The notes under the pieces were generated by a model. That model was given only the letters and a program-made list of their open reading frames with translations. It did not search any database and was not told where the DNA came from. A stretch of 64,000 bases of DNA from Candidatus Latescibacterota bacterium (GTDB lineage: Bacteria > Latescibacterota > UBA2968 > UBA8231). The stretch is taken from the NCBI GenBank assembly GCA_965248355.1, contig OZ252098.1:4736001-4800000 (forward strand), given 5' to 3'. Position numbers and translations under genes: made by a program. Shown piece by piece: positions 59,624 through 64,000 of this stretch. The stretch's first letter is position 1. Each line of letters starts with the position of its first letter.

Positions 59624-60736
59624 ATGATCGACCACGAGCCCTACCGTATCGCCGATCCGGACGGCCTGGAGACGCCGGCCATGGTCGTCTTCGAGGACCT
59701 CGTCGACCACAACCTGGCCGCCCTCTGCGACCAGGTCGGCGGCGCCGCCAACCTGATGATGCACGTCAAGACCCACAAGTCGGAAGCGATCGTCCGCAAG
59801 CAGCTGGCCGCCGGCGTGGCCGGCTTCAAGTGCGCCACTCTCAAGGAGCTGGAGATGGCCCTCGACGCCGGGGCCCCGGAGGCGGTCCTCTCCTACCCCC
59901 TCGTGCAGTCGATCAAGGCGGGGCGCTTCGCGGGGATCACCGCCGACCACCCGCGGCAGCTAGCTTATGCCACGGTCAGCGCCCCCCTCCACGTGCGCCG
60001 GCTCGCCGAGGCCGGCGAGGCGCGCGAGCAGAAGCTGCGGGTCATGGTCGACGTCGACGCGGGCATGCGGCGCACCGGCGTGGCCCTGAAGGGCGTGCCC
60101 GACCTCTACGCCTCCATCCACGGGGAGCCGTGGCTGGAGGCGGCCGGGCTGCACGTCTACGACGGCCACGAGCACTTCCACGACCCCTCGGGGCGGGAGG
60201 CCGCGGCCATGGCCCACGTCCGCGAGCTGCAGGCCCTCAAGGAGAAGCTGGAGGCCGCCGGCCTGCCGGTGGAGCGGGTCGTGGGGGGCGGCTCCTACTC
60301 CTATGCGTACTACGCGCGCACCGAGGGTTTCCACGGCTCGCCGGGCACCGTCATCTACTGGGACATCAATGGCGCCCTGGGCATGCCCGACCAGCCCTTC
60401 CGCTGGGCCGCCTTGGTGCTGTGCCAGGTCGTCGACCGCTATCCCGACCAGCTGACGATCACCACCGACCTGGGGTACAAGGCGGTCCCCGGCGATCCCG
60501 CCCTCGAGCGCCGCGCCTGGCTGCTGGGCCACAAGGACGCCCGCCTCCTCCTCCAGAACGAGGAGCACGCCGTCTTCCAACTGCCCGAGGGCACCCTGCC
60601 CGAGATCGGCGACTACCTGCTGGCCGTGCCCGGCCACGTCTGCCCCACGGCGATCCGCTTCCCCGGCTGCTACGTCATCGACGGAGAAGGCGCCGTGGTC
60701 GACTACTATCCCCACACCGCGCGCGACCGGCTGTAG
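59624..60736 (+). CDS. D-threonine aldolase/DSD1-like fold-type III PLP enzyme
   Basis: ETPAMVV, HVKTHK, KCAT..E, DAGMRRTG, YDGH, DLGYKA, NEEH, PGHVCPT. Confidence 0.88.
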   Translation: MIDHEPYRIADPDGLETPAMVVFEDLVDHNLAALCDQVGGAANLMMHVKTHKSEAIVRKQLAAGVAGFKCATLKELEMALDAGAPEAVLSYPLVQSIKAGRFAGITADHPRQLAYATVSAPLHVRRLAEAGEAREQKLRVMVDVDAGMRRTGVALKGVPDLYASIHGEPWLEAAGLHVYDGHEHFHDPSGREAAAMAHVRELQALKEKLEAAGLPVERVVGGGSYSYAYYARTEGFHGSPGTVIYWDINGALGMPDQPFRWAALVLCQVVDRYPDQLTITTDLGYKAVPGDPALERRAWLLGHKDARLLLQNEEHAVFQLPEGTLPEIGDYLLAVPGHVCPTAIRFPGCYVIDGEGAVVDYYPHTARDRL

Positions 60737-60751
60737 CCGGGGCGCCCGGTC

Positions 60752-61447
60752 GTGCCCCTCACGCCCTTCCACGTCAACTGGCTCGTCCACCGCATCCACG
60801 CCCGCCACGTGACCGCCGCCGTCCGGAACCACGCCCGCGGCCGGCTCCTCGACGTCGGTTGCGGCGCCCGGCCCTTCGCCGACCTGCTGGACCGGCACAG
60901 CGAGCGCTCCGTGGGGGTCGATCCGGACCGCGCGCGTTACGGCCCCGCCGCCGGAGGCGGCCCCCGGCGGCTGCCGGAGGCCTGGGCCAGCGGCCTGGAT
61001 CTGCCCTTCCGCGACGCCAGCTTCGACACCGTCCTCTGCCTGCAGGTTCTGGAGCACGTGCCGCGGCCCTGGCGCCTGCTGGACGAGATCGCCCGAGTGC
61101 TGCGCCCCGGCGGCGCCCTGGTGCTCACGGCGCCGCACATCTGGGGCCTTCACGAGGAGCCCCGCGACTACTACCGGTTCACGCCCTTCGGGCTGCGCCA
61201 CCTCAGCGACGCCGCCGGCCTGCGGGTGGTGGCGGTGAAGGCCCTGGCCGGGTACTGGGTCACGGCGGGAGCGCGCTTCACCCACTACCTGCGGCGCTTC
61301 GAGAGGATCCGCCTGTATCCGGTCACGCGGCCGGTCATGGCCCTGGTGCAGTTGCTGTGCCTGGTCCTCGACGCCGCCCACCGCGTCGAGAGCGACGCCT
61401 GGAACCACCTGCTGGTGGCCCGCAAGCCGCAGGCGGGCGGTGCCTGA
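60752..61447 (+). CDS. Class I SAM-dependent methyltransferase
   Basis: LLDVGCG, LPFRDASFDTVL..QVLEHV, LRPGG, HEEPRDYYRFT. Confidence 0.88.
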   Translation: MPLTPFHVNWLVHRIHARHVTAAVRNHARGRLLDVGCGARPFADLLDRHSERSVGVDPDRARYGPAAGGGPRRLPEAWASGLDLPFRDASFDTVLCLQVLEHVPRPWRLLDEIARVLRPGGALVLTAPHIWGLHEEPRDYYRFTPFGLRHLSDAAGLRVVAVKALAGYWVTAGARFTHYLRRFERIRLYPVTRPVMALVQLLCLVLDAAHRVESDAWNHLLVARKPQAGGA

Positions 61448-62873
61448 GATGATGCCGGCGGCGATCTCCGGCCCTTGGCGCCTGGCGCCCGACAACCGCA
61501 GGCTGGTGGCCGCCGCGGCCGTGCTGGCGGCGCTGGCCACGGCCGTTCCCATGCTGCTGCTGGGCACGGCCCTGCACGTGGTGCTGGCCGCCGGAGCCCT
61601 GGTTGCCGCGGCCCTGATCCTGTTCTCGCCCCGCCGGACGCTGGCGGTCCTGGTGGTGGTCACCGCGGTCCTGCCCGCCCACCTGGTGGACGCTACGCGG
61701 CTGCCCCTCGGCCTGCGGCCCTGGGAGATCCTCCTGCTCGCCGGAGCCGTCTTCGCCGTGATCGACCTGGCCGCCTTCGAACGCTGGCGGCTGCGGCGCA
61801 CCAGCGCCGACGGCCTGGTGGCCGCCTTCCTGCTGCTGGCCCTGGTCTCCGGGGTGGTCGGCTTCTGGCACGGGAACGAGGCCGTCCTGCGGAACCTGCG
61901 CTACCCCATGTACTACGGCGTGTTCTTCCTGGTGCTGCACGCGGCGCGCCCCGGCGACGGGGCCAGGCTCTTCGCGCCGCTCATGGTGCTGGCCGGCGTC
62001 GTGGTGAGCGCCGAGTTCCTGCTGGAGTTCCTCGGCGCCATCGACCCGGCGGCGGGGGAGCGCTTCGTGCGCGTCAGCCGCCGGCAGGGGATCGTGCTGC
62101 CCGTGGCCCTGCTCATGCTGGCCAACGGGTTGGTCCACGATCCGCGCCGCTGGAGCCGGCCGCTGGCGGCCGCCCTCTTCCTGTTCATCGGTCTCGGATT
62201 CGCCATCACCCTGGGCCGCGGCATGTGGGCCGCCTTCGGCCTCGGCCTGCTGGTGACCGTGTGGCTGTGGCACCGGTCCCAGCCGGCGGCCGGGCGCCGC
62301 GTCTGGAAGGCGGCCCTGCTGACCGTGGGCGTGGTGGCCGCCCTGGTCCTCTCCGCCCTCGCCTTCCAGCGCCTCACCGGGGCCTCCCTCTCCGCCCACG
62401 CCGTGGAGCGCTCGCGCACCTTCCTGGACGTGGGCCGGGACATCCAGGTCGTGAGCCGGTTCCTGGGCTACGCCAGCGCCCTGGAACAGATCCGCGGGCA
62501 CCCCTTCCTCGGCGGCGGCCAGGGGGCGACGGTCACGGCCTGGTCCTTCGATCCGGAGGCCGGCCGTTTCGAGACCTGGACGGCGTGGACGGTGGACAAC
62601 CTCTACCTGACCTTGTGGCTGAAGATGGGGCTCGCCGGTCTGCTCCTGTTCCCGTGGCTGTGCCTGCACGTGGGCCGCCGGGCCCTGCGCCTGTGCCGCA
62701 GCGGCGATCCCGCCACCCGCGCCTTCGCCGCCGGCTGCGCGGCGACCCTGGCAGCCATGGCCCTGCTCGGCCTCAGCGACGGCTCGATGATGAACGGCCG
62801 CTTCGCCGTCCTCTTCGGGATCCTCTTCGGCCTGGTGATGGTGGCCGATCCGGAGGCGCCGTGCAGCGCCTGA
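61440..62873 (+). CDS. O-antigen ligase/Wzy-like membrane protein
   Basis: Multiple TM helices, T.GRGMW, periplasmic R...HPFLGGG.G, DNLYL..W.KMG..G. Confidence 0.75.
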   Translation: MPEMMPAAISGPWRLAPDNRRLVAAAAVLAALATAVPMLLLGTALHVVLAAGALVAAALILFSPRRTLAVLVVVTAVLPAHLVDATRLPLGLRPWEILLLAGAVFAVIDLAAFERWRLRRTSADGLVAAFLLLALVSGVVGFWHGNEAVLRNLRYPMYYGVFFLVLHAARPGDGARLFAPLMVLAGVVVSAEFLLEFLGAIDPAAGERFVRVSRRQGIVLPVALLMLANGLVHDPRRWSRPLAAALFLFIGLGFAITLGRGMWAAFGLGLLVTVWLWHRSQPAAGRRVWKAALLTVGVVAALVLSALAFQRLTGASLSAHAVERSRTFLDVGRDIQVVSRFLGYASALEQIRGHPFLGGGQGATVTAWSFDPEAGRFETWTAWTVDNLYLTLWLKMGLAGLLLFPWLCLHVGRRALRLCRSGDPATRAFAAGCAATLAAMALLGLSDGSMMNGRFAVLFGILFGLVMVADPEAPCSA

Positions 62874-64000
62874 TCGAGAGCGCCTCCAAGGAGTCGCGCC
62901 GCGTCGTGGGGCTCATGACGGGCACCTCGGCCGACGGCATCGACGCCGTGCTCGCCGAGATCGAGGGCTGGGGAGAGACCACGGAGTTCGAGATCCTCTC
63001 CCACCTGACGCACCCGCTGCCGGAAGCGCTGCAGGCGGACCTGTTCCTGCTGTTCCAGCCCGACGCCCTCGTGGAGGACCTGTGCCGGGTGAACTTCGCC
63101 CTCGGCGACGCCCTGGCCGAGGCGACCCTGCAGGTAGCCGCGGCGGCCAATCTGGAGCCGGCCGCCATCGACCTGGTGGGCAGCCACGGCCAGACGGTCC
63201 GTCACCTGCCGAAGTCAGCCCCCCCCTCGACCCTGCAGATCGGCGAGGCCGCGGTCATCGCCCGGCGCACGGGGATCCCGGTGGTGAGCGACTTCCGGCC
63301 CGCCGACATGGCCGCCGGCGGCGAGGGGGCGCCCCTGGTGCCCCTGATGGACGTGCTCCTCTTCAGCCACCCGGACCGCGGCCGGCTGCTGCTCAACATC
63401 GGCGGCATCGCCAACGTCACCGCCGTGCCCCCGGGCGCCCGGGGGGAGCAGGGGGTCCTCGCCTTCGACCTGGGGCCGGGCAACGCCCTGGTGGACGCCG
63501 CGGTCCTGCACCTGACCGGCGCCGCCGAGCGCTTCGACGACGGCGGGCGGCGGGCGGCGGCGGGTACCGTGGACGAGGAGTGGGTCGAGCGCCTGATGAA
63601 ACACGAGTTCTTCCGCCGGCCGCCGCCCAAGTCGACGGGCCGGGAGGAGTTCGGCACCATGTACCTGGCCGAGGTCATGCGCCAGGCGCAGTTGGGGCCG
63701 GCGGACCTGGTGGCGACCCTGACCGCCCTCACGGCCCGGGGCATCGCCGCCGGCGTGGAGCGCTTCGCCGATCCGGAGGGGGCCCTGGAGGAGGTCTGGG
63801 TCAGCGGCGGCGGCGTCCGCAACACCCACCTGATGGGCCTGCTCGAGGAGGTCCTGGCGCCGCGGGAGGTGGGGTCCATCGACGCCCTCGGGGTGCCGGC
63901 GGACGCCAAGGAGGCCCTGGCCTTCGCGGTGCTGGCCAACGAGACCCTCATGGGCCGGCCCGGGAACCTGCGCGCCGCCACGGGCGCGAAGGCCGACGCC
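62861..64000 (+). CDS. anmK: Anhydro-N-acetylmuramic acid kinase, 3' end outside window
   Basis: Manual translation from GTG 62861 (GGAGG RBS): GLMTGTSADGIDA, GSHGQTV, TLQIGE, DFRPADMAAGGEGAPLVP, NIGGIAN, FDLGPGN, PPKSTGRE, KEALAFA. Confidence 0.95.
   Translation, partial: MQRLIESASKESRRVVGLMTGTSADGIDAVLAEIEGWGETTEFEILSHLTHPLPEALQADLFLLFQPDALVEDLCRVNFALGDALAEATLQVAAAANLEPAAIDLVGSHGQTVRHLPKSAPPSTLQIGEAAVIARRTGIPVVSDFRPADMAAGGEGAPLVPLMDVLLFSHPDRGRLLLNIGGIANVTAVPPGARGEQGVLAFDLGPGNALVDAAVLHLTGAAERFDDGGRRAAAGTVDEEWVERLMKHEFFRRPPPKSTGREEFGTMYLAEVMRQAQLGPADLVATLTALTARGIAAGVERFADPEGALEEVWVSGGGVRNTHLMGLLEEVLAPREVGSIDALGVPADAKEALAFAVLANETLMGRPGNLRAATGAKADA

Overview
64-kb window of a very GC-rich bacterium. 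FlgD/T9SS-like C-terminal sorting domains, a PorV-like barrel, a DUF6785-type transporter, PhyH, NHL repeats and an M9 collagenase suggest an FCB-group organism such as Latescibacterota or Gemmatimonadota, possibly a marine or sponge associate (inference). Housekeeping genes (aceE partial, hflX, lon, glnD, ptrB, anmK partial) alternate with catabolic loci: sulfatase/hydantoinase AB/FAD oxidase opposite a DHDPS-family gene and betaine-type ABC transporter; an SSS symporter with a sulfotransferase; and PhyH/MetE-like/D-threonine-aldolase-like genes. Two structures stand out. (1) A ~10.6-kb accessory block (4533-15160) built from interleaved, diverged 28-95 bp direct repeats. It twice shows the pattern short-left-copy / new gene / short-right-copy / old gene unit, has three copies of a GATGC-N5-GCATC palindrome, and carries a complete IS1380 (TSD TAGA) that splits a 144-aa gene. 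No integrase is visible. (2) A SusD-less uptake locus: heparinase-II/III-like gene, then divergently a DUF6785-type inner-membrane transporter, a TonB-dependent receptor, a large CTD-bearing unknown protein and an adjacent PorV-like barrel. No tRNA, rRNA or CRISPR array was recognised. Family calls come from visible motifs only; no searches were run.
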